Shown one piece after another: positions 1 to 14,000 of a stretch of DNA of 64,000 nucleotides; within the stretch, counting starts at the first letter, position 1, and each line of letters begins with the position of its first letter. A program made the translations under genes and the position numbers. This DNA comes from Catajapyx aquilonaris. Lineage: Eukaryota. Below the pieces are notes generated by a model, which worked only from the letters and a program-made list of their open reading frames with translations, made no database searches and was not told the origin of the DNA. Location: assembly GCA_000934665.2 (NCBI GenBank), contig KZ538141.1:1-64000 (forward strand), given 5' to 3'.

Positions 1-793
1 ATGATGGAACCGTGTGTATTAATTATGCGGACTAATTAGGTACTGTGCTGGATTGTATTGCTGTCATTGACGAATGCACGGGTGTACAGTATACGTGGAG
101 CCCAGGTAATCCACGATAATCCCATGGAAATCGTGGAAGGGAGTGAAATCGGATAGGTTCTCACAAGTACAGTGTGTAACAGCAAAGTTAGCATATTTTT
201 CTGACATATTCACATAATTAGCCAACGACAGGTAATATTCTCCTCTACGCAATGCATAACTATGTGTTGAAACCTATTTTCTCCACCACGAAATGTGCAG
301 CTCTGGGAGACAAACAAGGAAAAAAAAATAATGAAAAAGTCGATAATAAACGGCCTCGCTCTGTGAGGTTTGCAAGAAAATAAACGTAGCTCGCAAATGC
401 AAATAGGGGTTGGGGGGTAATTATGGGGATGGGACGCAACGTTTTCCTTTTCTGCAAACGCGCGCGTCGGGATGCGACCCTGTGAATTTACTGAGCGCCG
501 ACGCCCTCGTAATATCCCTTTTGATTTAGAGCGATCAACACTATGCAATCTGAAGTATATAGGGATACCCCAGCAGATTTCTCTCTGGTCGAACTGTGGA
601 ATAGCCGCACTCGCTTCGATATACACCCCACACTGTACCGAATTAATAGCTGCACTTGTAATTAGAGGCGCACTGGGGTGGGTTCTGCTACAGTTGTTTT
701 AAGCTGATAACAAAGTAACGTGGCCTGAACGTGGCTGACCCACATAAACGTTGTGGACAAAAAATTAAAACGTTTTCCCTCACTTCTTTGCAG

Positions 794-833
794 GTTCATT
801 CGGACTCCATCTGATGGCACCGTTGGATCCCCG
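794..833 (+). other. Possible 40-nt antisense micro-exon inside a KChIP intron
   Basis: ttttccctcacttctttgcag|GTTCAT...CCCCG|gtgagt: near-consensus acceptor and donor. Confidence 0.35.
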
Positions 834-1188
834 GTGAGTTATTTTCAATGAAGCGTTGATGTTGATTAACTAAGAGCCTGGGAGTCTCTTCCACTGGCTG
901 TGCAGCCACATTGGACACAGAGCTTGGAGATCTAGATCAATATTTTACCTGAATCCGCTTCCTCCCACAACCCCTCACTTCCTCAGAGATTCTGGTTCTT
1001 AACAAGTTGGCAAAAATATATACAGAGATGCAAAAGCTGGCGTTACACTGTCGCATTTACGACTAACTCCGGGATTAACTACCGGTCTGTGCAACAGGTT
1101 GGAAAAGGAACGAAGCCTGCAGGATACTGCAGTTGATCCTGCAAATGTGGTGGCTTGGACCTTTGCTGCTTGTCGAAAATGAACTCAC

Positions 1189-1259
1189 CTCGAAGCTAAT
1201 GCACCCCGAGTGAGAGTGCTTGACGGTGTTGAATACGTAATGTGCATACTGGCTGGCGT
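1189..1259 (-). CDS. KChIP: KChIP-like core exon (71 nt, phase 1 to 0), EF-hand 2 region; later exons expected left of the window
   Basis: atttcag|AC GCC AGC...TTC GAG|gtgagt = (D)ASQYAHYVFNTVKHSHSGCISFE, after a 105-nt intron (1260-1364). Matches the KChIP DAxxYAHxxFN...GxIxFE pattern. Confidence 0.96.
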
Positions 1260-1364
1260 CTGAAATGAAGGAGCGAAAATTTTAGTAGTTGATATTATAT
1301 ATTCGTCTGGAAAGCCCTATAAGGAATAGTAATAACGCGTGTATGTTTTTGAAGCTGGGCTTAC

Positions 1365-1434
1365 CTCCTTGGGGAAAAAATTGGGAAAATATTCCTTTGA
1401 AAGCATCCTCGTCCACCAGGCCGGTTGGGCATTC
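1365..1434 (-). CDS. KChIP: KChIP-like core exon (70 nt, phase 0 to 1), EF-hand 1 region
   Basis: ttctag|GAA TGC CCA...CAA GGA G|gtaagc = ECPTGLVDEDAFKGIFSQFFPQG. Contains the NCS-family CPxG motif of the non-binding EF1 and FFPxG. Phase fits the previous exon. Confidence 0.97.
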
Positions 1435-1612
1435 CTAGAATATCAATGAGACGAGAGGTTACCACGGTTGAAAAGAAATGCCTCGGATTTTTCTGCTTAG
1501 ACCAATCAGCACGGACGTACATTTGAAGGGACAGGCAGGGATTGGCCGATGCAAGTCTGAGCACATTGCCTGCTCAATAATGCATTATTGCCGAGGCGCG
1601 ATGTTTGTCGTC

Positions 1613-1907
1613 ATGAATGTAAACAGGAATCACGTCATGCTGGTTAATTGATGGAAGGACGTGAATGGGAAATAACAGGCGAATTTAGGAATAGAGTGAG
1701 TCAGATTGGGATGTGAATTAAAATGGACAAATACCGAATTAAATGAAGCACACACCAAATTGTGAATGTGGAGTAGTGCTGGACAAATGGTGAAGTTAAT
1801 GATGGTGAATTGAATGACTAAATGAAGCGGGAATGAATTTGGAGAGAAATGAAGGGAATTGAGCCAGTGTGCAATTGCTCAGCTAATGGAAATGAATTAA
1901 TTCATGA
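1613..1907 (-). promoter_or_regulatory. Strand-asymmetric TGAAT/AAATG-rich tract, read as a YCAY cluster on the KChIP pre-mRNA
   Basis: About 22 RTGR (YCAY on the minus strand) counted by eye in ~295 nt, versus ~5 expected at 1/64. Confidence 0.35.
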
Positions 1908-4900
1908 AGGTAATGTTTTCAATACTGTACTGATATAAACATTTTACAAGTGGCCTCGTTGTAAATAATTATTGTTCTTTTAGCTTATCACGAGTGACAA
2001 ATTAGTGTGATCCCTGCTGCATTGAGCGTTAAAATAAATAGATTTCACTCTGAAAACCAGACCATTCGATGATCATTGAATATTTTATTGTTCAGTAATA
2101 ATTAACGCCTGTTACACTCCTATTTGAATTATGTACGCGTTTTGAAATGTGGCCATGTCCAACTATACTTCAAAACAAGTGCTACATTATGCGGATTTCA
2201 TTATACCAAACACTGATCTGGCTTTAACAGCACTTCCATTTTCATTTTAGTTTTTTTTTTTTTTTTGCCGACCTCTCTGCACTTGAAAAATGTATATCAA
2301 TACGTCGCTGCCAATGACAACCGATATTTAGTTNGGGGGGGGGGTCCCAAATCTGCAAAGAGTGGTCCATTGTTCCGGACTAGTGAGCAAGTGTATCAGA
2401 GAGGTTCATTGCGATTCGCGTCCAACAAATGCATGGTTAGGGTTCCTTCAGGGTGCCATCCATTGCGGGCTTCCCCAAGTGTCAAAAGGTTGGCTTTCCT
2501 GAATCGATCTCTTGGCACCAGCGCCACAAATGAGGATCCGGCCTTGCCATAGATATATAACTAAGCTCGTCCTTTTCTAAAAGAAAATAAAGCAAAAATA
2601 ATGGATGAAAAGGGCTTAACGATTTGGATTAATTCTTGCGTGGATACTACACAAAGCTGCCGAGATATATCAGTCACGCTGTCTTCCCCTCTTGGGACCA
2701 CCCTAATAGTTTTCTGCAGAAAAGAGTTTGCCACATTTTCTCTCAAAGGGTTCTTAAGAGCTGTTTTTATTTTCTTTCGTGTTTTTCCCTTGGCGTCCCG
2801 ACAGTTTCCATTTGTTTGGCGAAACGGAATTTCGGCCTCGTGGGATCCGAAAGGGAGGAAATGTAACGAAAGAATATGTCAGAAGTAAACCCCAAACAAC
2901 AGTGCATTGCGCCAAAAATATGTCCAATGACAGCTGGACGCGCCTGACTCATTACCGGACAGCGTGTCTCATTGCGGTCAGCGTTGTTTGTATAGTACTG
3001 CCTATACTCCGCTGACGATTTCCGTACTTAAGAGGGTGTGCGACAATGTTAAAAGGTGCCATTTGGCTCGTTTTGGTAAGCCGCAGCAATGTGTCTCTCC
3101 CAGTGGCACCACGCAAAAATTATGAAATGCCAGCTTCATGATGTACGGTAATGGCCCTCCATGTCACATGCAGATGAAGGCAAAAATAAATTACCTGCCG
3201 AAATGTCGGAGGAATGGCACTTTCGGTCCAATTTTTAATGTCCCTAGAGAAAACTGCCGACTTTCCGTTGGAACCATTAGGCTGGAAATCTGATTGCATT
3301 CGTCTGCAATTTGTACATGTACTGTACCGCACAAGGTGTATCGTCGATAAGAAATCCGAAATCTCGAAAATAGCATCTTACGCGTAGTTATTATAATTAG
3401 AAAAAAAAATCCATTTGCATTTGCAATTTCTCACATTATAGGCATAATATTAAAGAGACCTTACTGGTGTTTGCAAAATTGGCTTTCTTGTCGATCGCTG
3501 CGTCTACACGATGAAAGCTACCGGAAAGTATTTATACAAATTTTAATTGCGTTTTTCACTCGAGAGTGAATCTAATCATGTAACATGCGCCAAACGATTG
3601 CTTAATTGCTGTAGTGTTAAGTGCCGAGGGGTTAATTTGCAAATCTAGTCCCCCAATTTTCACATCAAGGCGAACTGTACTTTGCTTGTAGCTCGTATAG
3701 CTGGATTCCTCGCGTTCTTCGAGAGTTTAATTAGCTCCTTTTTTTTTGCCTTCATTAGATATTTTCCTTCCTTACCCGATCAATGTTTGTCCAGGGGCGA
3801 ATAAAACTCAATTAGCGCCCCCTCCCCTAACGCCTCTCCGACACAAAAAAAACCCTCTTTGGTGTGATCCCATAATTGAATTCTTTTGCTATTTCGGCAG
3901 GTTCGAATCGTGTGGGCCTGGGTGTTACATTTGAGTGTGACGCCAGTAATAACCGGGCCGCCAGAATAATCTCGTTTCCAGGCAAAAGCGTCATATTGCG
4001 CAGGCTGCCAACTCGGTTATGTCTTAATAACAAGGGGGTCAGGAGCAGTTTGGAGCGCGGTCATCTTTGTTTATGTCCCAAGTCTGACCTTGCCCCGTCC
4101 TCCAATTGTTTCCAAAGTTGCACGCATTTTCATGGCCGGATCAATTTGTGGGCGCGTAAGAAAAAAGGGAAACGTGATCTGGGTAAGATTAAAAAAAAAT
4201 TTGCGACGAACCTAATAATGTCATTAGTTACTCCAAGGACGGTGCTGATTCGGTTGCGCTTTCAACTTTTAATTTCTGCGCAACACATTGGGTGTCATTG
4301 TTGCTAATTGGTAATTTGACCGCCATTTTTGATGCTAGTTAATTAGGACTGATGAGACACCAGCTGCAGTGTTGTTATGGCCAATTCTGGAGAATTTGAT
4401 TTGATTCCAGGTCAGGGTAAGGGTCTTATCTCCACAGAACTTATTTGTTGAGTATAGACGCCGATGGCGTCGGATCCATCCCTCTTTTTTTTGTCGGATC
4501 TTTTTCTCTCTCATTCTCTGAGAATTCCATCTGGTGGTGGTGTGTGCCTGGGACGGAGTAATGTATACACAAAGCACTTTTTGGGCATTGGGTCAAGTCC
4601 AGGAGATGACTTGCCCCGCCGAATGAATTACTGCCCGTGGCGATTGCTCCTCTGCAATATTGGATTAGGCTGCCATCACATTTCCTGGGGACGATGATAA
4701 AGAAGTAGACGAAAATGGAAGTCCGATCTGAGCTCGAGAGGAAAAGTACTGGTATTGCCTGTGAATCAGAATCGAGAAGCCATGTGACTGATTGTGTAGC
4801 CCGAGATATAAAGGTCACCGACAAATCGTGGGTTTGGTGAATGTTGTTGGATTTGATAGGGCGTTAAAATCTGCCCAACAGTGCGAACGGCTCGTTTTTG

Positions 4901-5937
4901 GCGAAATGACATAAATGACTCCATTAGTTCCCAGTGATGCAATGCGGGAGAAGCACGACACTAATTTGTTCGTAAACAAACAAAACTAGCAGCCATACTT
5001 CTATACCCCCATACCCCCTACCCTCCTCCCCTGCCTTTCCACAGTAAATTTATATACCCGCCGAAACAGATGATTGTGTATTTGCAGAGAGCAGCGGAGC
5101 CCATCGATTTTGCGCCAGACGTATTAAATTTAATGTGGGCCATATTATTATGCGGGGCAGTGTACATATGAAGCAGCAGAAAAAAAAATCAATGTTTGTA
5201 CGCTGGCATACAGTATACGGTATGTTATAACATGGTTGCGTCAGCAAGTACGAACATACGTTGTTTCAACATTTACCATTGTTGCCATCAGGGATCTGCC
5301 AGATTTCAACCTTCGGGACTTTGCTCTCAGTCAAATAACTCAGTTAATATTAAGGGATATCCTATTATGTATGATGTATATAATATAACTAGCTTACATA
5401 AATTTCAATATTCAAAATATACAGAGCATGTAAATTTCATTGTTCTTTGAATAGGCCTTCAATTATTGTTATTAATTAAATTGCACCTTGCACATTGAAA
5501 TTGTGCTTAATTTATTAGTGTCATATTTAAACGAAGCTGACGGTTGCTACTGTTCATCATCATGTAGACGGAAATACTGTAGACCAGGTATTTTTAGCCT
5601 GAGGTCTTTATTTAGCCTGGAAATTTGCTGACCTAAAACAGTGTTTTTGCAACAAAGCCCGAGTGAGCACTGTGATGTAGCCTGCTATGCATTAATAATT
5701 AAAGTGGTTTTTTTCGCCCCGTCATCTTTGTTCGTTGTTTAGTGAGAGTAACGTAATAGCTTAGGGGAATCTTGTCATGGCCTCTCCTGCCCATAGACAC
5801 AGATTAGCATGAGAAAGGAAGTGTATACAGGGTACAGTGTGGGCAAATTGTTATTTCAAAGTACAGAAACGCCAACCCAGTAGAAGCTAAGAATAGCACA
5901 AAGAGACTTCTGATGTAATTCCAAAAGCCAGGCTTAC

Positions 5938-6065
5938 CTGCTTGAATCCTCGATAAATGGTCTGAATTTCCTTCCTGGTGAACTTGGTGGTTTTGGCTAA
6001 CTTGTCCAACTCTTCAGGCCGATACCGGACCACGTTGATGCTGAGGTCATCGAAGTCGTCCTCAG
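5938..6065 (-). CDS. KChIP: KChIP-like Kv channel-interacting protein, first shared core exon (128 nt, phase 1 to 0)
   Basis: Reverse complement reads ttcag|CT GAG GAC...AAG CAG|gtaagc = EDDFDDLSINVVRYRPEELDKLAKTTKFTRKEIQTIYRGFKQ. This matches the KChIP N-terminal core pattern (RPExLxxLxxxTxFxxxExQxxYRGFK). Splice sites are canonical. Confidence 0.96.
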
Positions 6066-8007
6066 CTGAAAGTCACACATCATGAGTTAATTAACAAAGC
6101 GACTGAAACGACAGCCATGCTGCTAATTATTCAGAAACGCTGTCCCAAAAACATGGTTATCCTGCAGCTGCCCTTGCAATAAGATTTTCATGCGCGTCGT
6201 TTTAAAGGGAATGTGTCCCTCGACGCTACATTGTTGTGCCGTTTAAACGTTTAGCACTCTCATGAAATCCAGTGACGTAAACTTCAGCTTACAGAGAATG
6301 CTGCAGCTCCTTTAGATAAGAAGTTACAGGTAGTTTACAACTGGTTGCAAGGTATGACCCTCATTCGCTGCAAGGTGCATGCCTTGATGGGGAATGCCAC
6401 TGCAATGCATTTCAGGGAAATGGTCTCATTTCCTCGGGGCCAGCAGAAAAGGGGGTGCGAATTTCCATCCGTGCAGCTCATTTCTTGGATTAAGAGATCG
6501 ATAAATTTTCCGACGGAATAGCCTTCCAATAGGTCCCCCTGCTTTATGCCTTTTGCGCCATAGTTGCCAGCATCCGTCCGATTTCCCAAACGCCTGCAAT
6601 TTCGCGAGTTATCAAACGCTCTCTGTGTATTGTGAAGGGCCGCGTGTAATTGGCCACATGTAACGCTGGGTGGGGGGTCTGGAATTATCAGTGGTTGGCC
6701 GACCCCCTACAAAACCACTTCAATGAATAATCCGGTAATAATAAACGACTTAACAACATATTCTGCGCCTCTCCACACCCACACCCACAACATAGATTCC
6801 GCCAGCACAAAAGGCCCTTCGGCTGAACGGGAACATTGTCAAAGGGGGTGGAAACCCTGCCGAGTTCATAATTACGCATAGTTAGGTAATTCTGAGCCGA
6901 GGCAAGTACAATGCCGACAATGAAGTGGTTTAGTCTGGCGCAAACGGCCATTTACTGGGAGTTTAATCGGGGGTTTAAAAGAAATGGGATAGACGACGAC
7001 GACGTGCTGCTGATAACCGTTCAAAGTGCTCGTGATTAGCCTCCATTTTTTTGCCACCAACAAAGCGATCCAAAAGATTAGGACGAATCAGCTCATTTCG
7101 TCTACAGACTTATTACGACTAAGCAGGTGTAACATGCATGGGGGAAAAAATATTATTACGTTCACACTTACGTGAGATATATTACACTGGAGCAGCAGAC
7201 ACGATCAAGACGTGGGACTTACATTATACAGATTGCGTCTGGCTGTTACGTAACTGCACTTTGTAACGTCTAATCTAAACGCTTTTCGTCCAACATTTTA
7301 ACTGACCGTTAAACTGCAGTTTAGGTCATTTCCATCAGCAAGCAACTCTGAACTTGAAAAGTTTGTAGTCAATTGATATCCTGCGAGTTATGCTTTGACT
7401 GCTGTGCTTTGCGGGTTGCCGTGCACTTCCAGGATGAAAGGGCAACACTCGGTTGTTGCGTCACATTCTGTGGTCCCAGCTCCAATGGCCTTTGTCCCCA
7501 ACTTCAGCGGCCTATCTGCGAAAGTAGATCCACCCCTCCTACCCACTTGTCGTGGCGGAAACCCCCCCTCTTCTCTCGAGGCTGTCGTCGAAACAGGTGG
7601 CTGAATGGACTAGGGCCCTTGAAAGTGCAGATTAATGAGTGTAGATATTTCACGCCCGAGGATCAATGTGTCCCCGCTTTGAGGACCGGTGGAAGCCGAG
7701 GCCCTTGCTGACCCCCTCCATGGTCTCCCAATTGATCCCGGTTTCGCCATTGATCTCTCTACTCTCTACTGCCTCTTTCCAAAGGACCTGAGGTTCTCTC
7801 TTTCCGATATATGCTAATTGGAGTGCACCGAGAGTTTTTTTCCCCTCTTTCCCATCCAGTCTCTTTCTCTCTGCCTCTTTCCCTCCGCATTGCATCCCTG
7901 TAGAAATTTGGTAAACGCAGCGAAAGGACCCTAATTACACGGTGGGTCTAAACTCTCAAGTGCTCTATTCTAAGAGGGTAAACGCAATATCGGGATGGCC
8001 GCTCTCG

Positions 8008-8021
8008 TATATATATATATA
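8008..8021. repeat. (TA)7 microsatellite
   Basis: tatatatatatata read directly. Confidence 0.9.
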
Positions 8022-11000
8022 GGGTCGCGCTTAATGCAGAACCGGGAATATGCAATAAAAAGAACCGGAACCAGTAACTGTTATTGCTTTTCCTCTCTTG
8101 GAAAAAAAGAGGGGAGGAAACTTAATTGGTGTTCGGCTTAATGGAATTTGGGAATCATCCGGCTCGTGTTCGCTGACTGCCACTTATCCTACATCATAGG
8201 GTCTCAGAGTGAACGAAGGAAGAGGAATCAAAACAATGGCCTCCATTAATTAATTTATAATTTTGATAGTCCTCCTTTTCATGCACATTTTGATGGGACA
8301 ATTTTCACAATTGTCCACCAGTTACACGGGACAACTTTTCCTATATGCACTCGTATACTTATTTCATTGAGAAGCAGTCTCTGCAGTATATATTACGGGA
8401 GCTTAATTAGTAGGAATGGGCAAGGAATTTCCGTCGCTTGCTTGTATTGACGAGAACTGTTATTTTGACGAGGCGGCTGTAAAATCCTGATTGATTGCTT
8501 CCCTCCTGCAGTTTGATGATGTTAAGCTCGTTTTATGCTCTGGAGGATGTCTATTCCGCCGCATTTCCCGAGGGCGTCTCGATAAGCGTTGTCTGCACTG
8601 CATTGTCTGCTCGACCAGAAGGAAAAACGAGCCAGGAAATGAGACGATTTTTGAGACCCGAAAACTGCAAAAAGGAATCTTTTATATATATATTCTCCAG
8701 TCGTCTTTATCAAAGAAAGGCTCAAAAAGGCCGAAGTGCTGAGCTGCAGACGGTTTTTGTGGAAAAAACCACAAAAACATAGTGTAAAAATTGATTACGA
8801 GAGACACGGGATACCCCGATAATGGAGTGTGGATATTCCCTTTGAACTTTATTTTTTGCTTGCCCCGGCCCACTCGTTAGATCGTCCTGTTTCGTGTTAC
8901 AGAAATAGTAAATGATCGAGTCTGTAAATTCATATGAGACCGATCATGTTTAGTTGCGAAATGACGCCCACACGAAACTAAAAATATGCTGAATATAATC
9001 TCGGTTCCGTTCGAAATGCAAATTCATCTGGGGGATCGCTGCTCCCAAATATTGTCAGTCTCTTTAGAGTGACGTCATGTTGAGTAAACAACAGCTCGCG
9101 GGGAAAATGCCATCGCAATATTTTAATTGATAACTTTTTTTGCAATAATTGGATAACGGATAAAATAAATATTTATAAGCATATTTAAAATGTCTCAACA
9201 TTCGTGACATATCGCTCGATTTGTCATGCATTATATGACACCTGTCCATTATATTGCATGTACGTGCTGTAAATTAATATTATGACTGTCTGTTTAGCAC
9301 ATTTAGGCGGTATATAGTGCTGCTGCCATCATCCATGCTAATGCTATATACGGGCAAAACCGTTTTAATTGGTAGATCCTATCCGCATGTATTGTCATCT
9401 GCAGATTAGCCCTGGTAGACTGAACTGTCTGATTGAAATAGACCCGAACCTATAAACTAATCTCTAGACCCCCTGTAATTAGTCGCTGCCAGTGCAAACG
9501 CTCCAGTCTTAAGTACGCCTTAGCCGTTAATTAAACCCGAGTACATGTATACCCTTCCGGGTACTCTCCGATAATCTCGGACATTCGCTTTACTTTGTGT
9601 AGCCGTGACGTCAGCTGCGTCGAGCAACATGCCCCTGAAAATATTCATTCCCGGTATCTTCGCGGGACAAGTTTTGAGCAGTTTCGGTGGGGGAGGAGTT
9701 TTGTTCATTATGCCACCTGTTCCGTTTTGGAAGGAGGGAGAGAGAGAGACCCTTTTCCTTTCAAGGTATAGAGAGACTCTGCATAAATGATGGAAGCCTG
9801 CACCTTCCACTCGACTCAGAGCTCGTTTACGTGGAGTCTGCCTGTTTGCAGTGGGGACATAAGACTGCCAGGTTGTTACGCCATTACACATTCCCTTTTT
9901 TGGGAAGGGGGGGGGGGGAGGATATCAAGTTCCTTGCTAATTAATCCTGGGCTCGAAAAAGGGGTTGAGGTATGGGCATGATGTCGACGGTGCCAACTCA
10001 GCTCCAAGATCACTTTACTAGGTTAGGGCTTTCACGTATTAATTGCTTGGCAGGTGGAATTTTCAGAGCCGTTTTATTGACATGCAAGGAAGGTTCTCGC
10101 CTTGGGGAAATTTGCAAGGTGGATTTAAAAAAAACTGCATTAATTTTCCGAATTTTGCTTGCTCAATTTGACAGAAATTGCAACGAGATTTCCCCTGAAT
10201 TTCTCCGCACAATCCATTTATTTTATTTTCATGCGATAGAACTTCAGCTTAATTTTACATGTAAAAATGAGCTTCTAAATTAACTTGGGCGAATGTGGTA
10301 AAGATTTCACCACATTCGATTTTTTGTGCAATTAATTTATCCAAACTTGCGTATGATTTTTCCTCCATATTTCCGCGGATATAGGAGGGGGGATATGCCA
10401 GCAACTCCTCTCTCTACGACTAAATAAAACAATACATGCCATATAGAAAAAGTAAAATTGCGTGTGTATGAAGGGGGGTTTGAAACGGATAGTGTAATAG
10501 TGTTGGACCTCAGACATACCCATGATGTTCGGTGTATAAAGTGACCCGGTCCTTATGGTGTCCTGTTTAGTGCAGTCCCAGCAACGTACTGGTTTTGCAG
10601 CCAGCAGGGGACGGGATGCCTGCCAACCAGTGCTGCACGCCTCTCACTCACTCTTTTGCCCATGCGCCTGGTCCTCTCTCCCACCCACCAAAAAGCCCAC
10701 CTCATCTGCCGTCATTACTTCAGGTGAACCTTGTGCATGACCCACACGTACCCACACTTTTTTCAAGCATCTCCGATCGGGGGGACCCTTAATCGTTCAT
10801 CCCCAGCTCGGGCAGGGCTCGTTAACTAATTAGCCTGGCAAAGTCCTCCGCGGTAATAAAGTGTCACGTCAAGGCGATAATTCTAGTCAAAACTAATGCT
10901 CGCGACGATCGTTATCATGCATGTGATTAATGCTGTCACGACGTGCACTAGACATGAGATTTTTATGCTCTTGCGTAAGTGGAATTTGACCCTATTTTTT

Positions 11001-14000
11001 TGATAACCGGAATATCTACTGTAGGTTATGGAGTAAACAGAATCCGGATAAAAACAGTGCCTGGAGAAAGCTGTGGTATACACTGTAACTTTTTTAACGT
11101 ACAGTATACCGCCAGTTTGCCTTTTGGGGAAACCCTCCTTTTAAAAAAAGACACGTGAGTGATGACATTACAGCCACATCTGCGTGCTTTACAGAACCAC
11201 TGTGTGGCCTTTCTCTACAAGCCTCAAATTAACGGAGGGGAATGCGGTCCACTAGCATATGGAGAAAGTATACTGCATAATCTACACCTTGGGAGTTACG
11301 CTGATATTGCAGTTATGGGCTTGGCTTTGGAGTAATGATAAGTTACAGTCTTGCTGGGAAGGAAGAGGGTTACAATGGTCTGAGTCGGAGCCCACAATTT
11401 GGGATAGGATTAAATTATTCTGGGAGGGTGGAAGCGGCGCAAGAAAACCGAGATTGGCGGCTTAACCAAGCCTGTAACCTATTTTGAAACACTTAGGGAA
11501 CCTACGAACTTTTTTTTCTTTTTCGTCGTCTTCGAGAGAAATACGAGGCCGTTATATAATTTTTCTTTCCCTCTTCGCTTGCGGAGAAAACCTTACAAAG
11601 AGCGAGAAATGATTGATGATCCTACATTTTTTTTTGCTATAAATAACGCCGCGTAGTTATATCGGTGGGAACATCAAGAATTCGCAATAATCCGAGCGAT
11701 TATTGTGTTAGCCAAGTGCGCTAGAATATACACCAGAGCATAAATTAGGTGTGTGTGAGAGAGAGTAGTGGGATTTAATTAAAGTGAAATCTGTACTTTG
11801 TTTCAGCCAACATACGTTTTGAATGTGTGGGTAATTGCATTTTGCTGCAGGAAATCTATTTGGTGCTCAAACAATGCTCATATATTTGAATTTTGTTGCC
11901 GGAGAGAGAGAGATAGAAAAAACGCGAGCTGGCTCACTTTGACTTTTATAAAAGAGTGCCCAAAGTGCTACATTACTCACCATGCGGTCTCCGTCGGCAT
12001 TAGCTTGATTAAATATTACACCTGTCGCTTTATCTGGCGTTTAGTTATCGGATTTGGGACCGGAGGAACTCGATTTAGCCGACTCTTGAAACGCTCGAGA
12101 AAACATTACTCGTGCGAGGCAACCCAGGAAATAATCCATCGGAAAAAGATGCTAGAAAAGTGCTACTTGGGATGGGTCCAACTTCTGCTGAATTGCCTTC
12201 TTCGCGACGTCGCTACTCTTTCATTTCTTCGCGATTTTCTCTCTCCCTATATATTTTTTTTCTTAGGAGACGGAGCAGCAGGGCGGGGGTAGAAAAGAGT
12301 ACATCATCTGTTTAAAATGTCCTTGGAAAAGCGGGGAAGAATCACATCTGTAACTTTTTGGCATATGTATATTAATCATGATGATGCAGTCTGCTTTTTG
12401 ATGTACTCAAACTTGATGGCAGCTCATTCATTTCCTACTCTTTTTCTGTCCTTGTCCTGCTCTAGTATATGTCAGGCTATAAACCCCGCAGTAAATTATT
12501 GGCTGCCAGAAATACCGGACGATTTGAAAATGAAAAGCAGCTCGATCGGCTCGCAGCTTATTATGTCCGGTCGTAAGCCGGACTCTCAGGTGACAGTCCG
12601 ACAGTCCCCCCCAAAATGTGGAAAGTGGACTTCTCAACTGGAGGCAGAATTGGTGGTGGAAAAAAGAAATCCAGTCTCCCCATTTTCACGTCCCCATAAT
12701 TGATGAGACTGTCAGGTTCATTTGGATCCGTCTCTATATACTTCCCGCTTGCCTGTCCTCCTATCCTGATTTATTCAAGCAGGATCTGGGGGGAAACCCT
12801 GGTTTGAATGCAGATAGTTCGAGCGAGAATCTAATTCCGGCGATTTGCTTCCATCACGGGGATTCCCCCCCTTCCCTTCATCCTCTCTCGCTCATGCCTA
12901 AAGTACTTATTCCTGGATCTGATGGGAGGAGGGTTTTAATTGCACTAGGTAGATAGTTTTCGACTCATCTGCCAGGGATTTTTTTTTTTGCCTGCAAATT
13001 TGTCTTCTTAGTTGAGCGAGATGGAGTCTCGTGCAGATGAAAAATTGATGGGCCTGAAGGGACGTGCGTTGAGGCATATCCCTCAGGGTATGACCCTGTA
13101 TGATTTTTGTGTTTACATGCCACATCGATCACCTTCCAGGGTTTCAAAATACGCCCGACAGCTCTCGCTGTTATTATTGAAGTGTGGGGTATTTGACACG
13201 GGACTAACTGCATTGAACGAATTGTTTCAATGCCGAATTGGATGATACCGAATTATTTTGACTAAATAGTTATTGACAGTGTTAAATGCGTGCCAATTTG
13301 TGGCCCATAGGCGATAGTGCAGGGTACAGTGAAAAATAATGATTAATTGGCTGTCTTTATACCGCAACACTGTGCAGTGAGAACCACATATTGGAAACAT
13401 GTTGTGGACATGTTTTCCGTATATTTATCTCATTCATAGCCAGCCGTAAATAGGCGACATATTGCTCTAGTGTTATTCCGTTTGAGATAAGGCAATACTC
13501 GGTGGCATATACTTTACTGTTAATGGCCATGATAGCTGCAGATATTATCCGGAAACATCGCGTATATTGCAATGTTTATACTCTGTTGAGCGAGATTCTG
13601 CTATCGCCTGCCTTTAGATGCAGGCAACCTAAATCCAAATATCAAGCGTTTGAAGCATATCCGCAATTTATAGGGTGTCTAGATAAGGCAACGTGGCTCT
13701 CTGTGAATATTTGGAACTTGTTATAGAAGGATTCCAGGATTCCCTACTGTGCCAACTATGTGTGGGGGTGAGATAAGCCTATAATACTGTTCTTGTATGG
13801 TACTATCGTGTGTGGCTCTAGCTCCTGACGGAAGTAACAAATTCTTCGAGTAAGATTTTCTGGCCTATGTATTCCACCGTGGATATGTTTCTTTCCTCGG
13901 CTTATTTTTTTTGTTAAACGGTTGCGTTACCGCCAGATTATTGGCCGCACAGATTTCCACGACGGTCTGACCACCAACATTAGCTATATTCGGAGGTCCA

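Noticed and set aside
949..997. Minus-strand CAG|gtaaaa donor as the next KChIP exon
   Set aside because: The frame hits TGA at once and does not resemble the expected DFxxxLSxxxRG…EKLxWxFxLYD exon.
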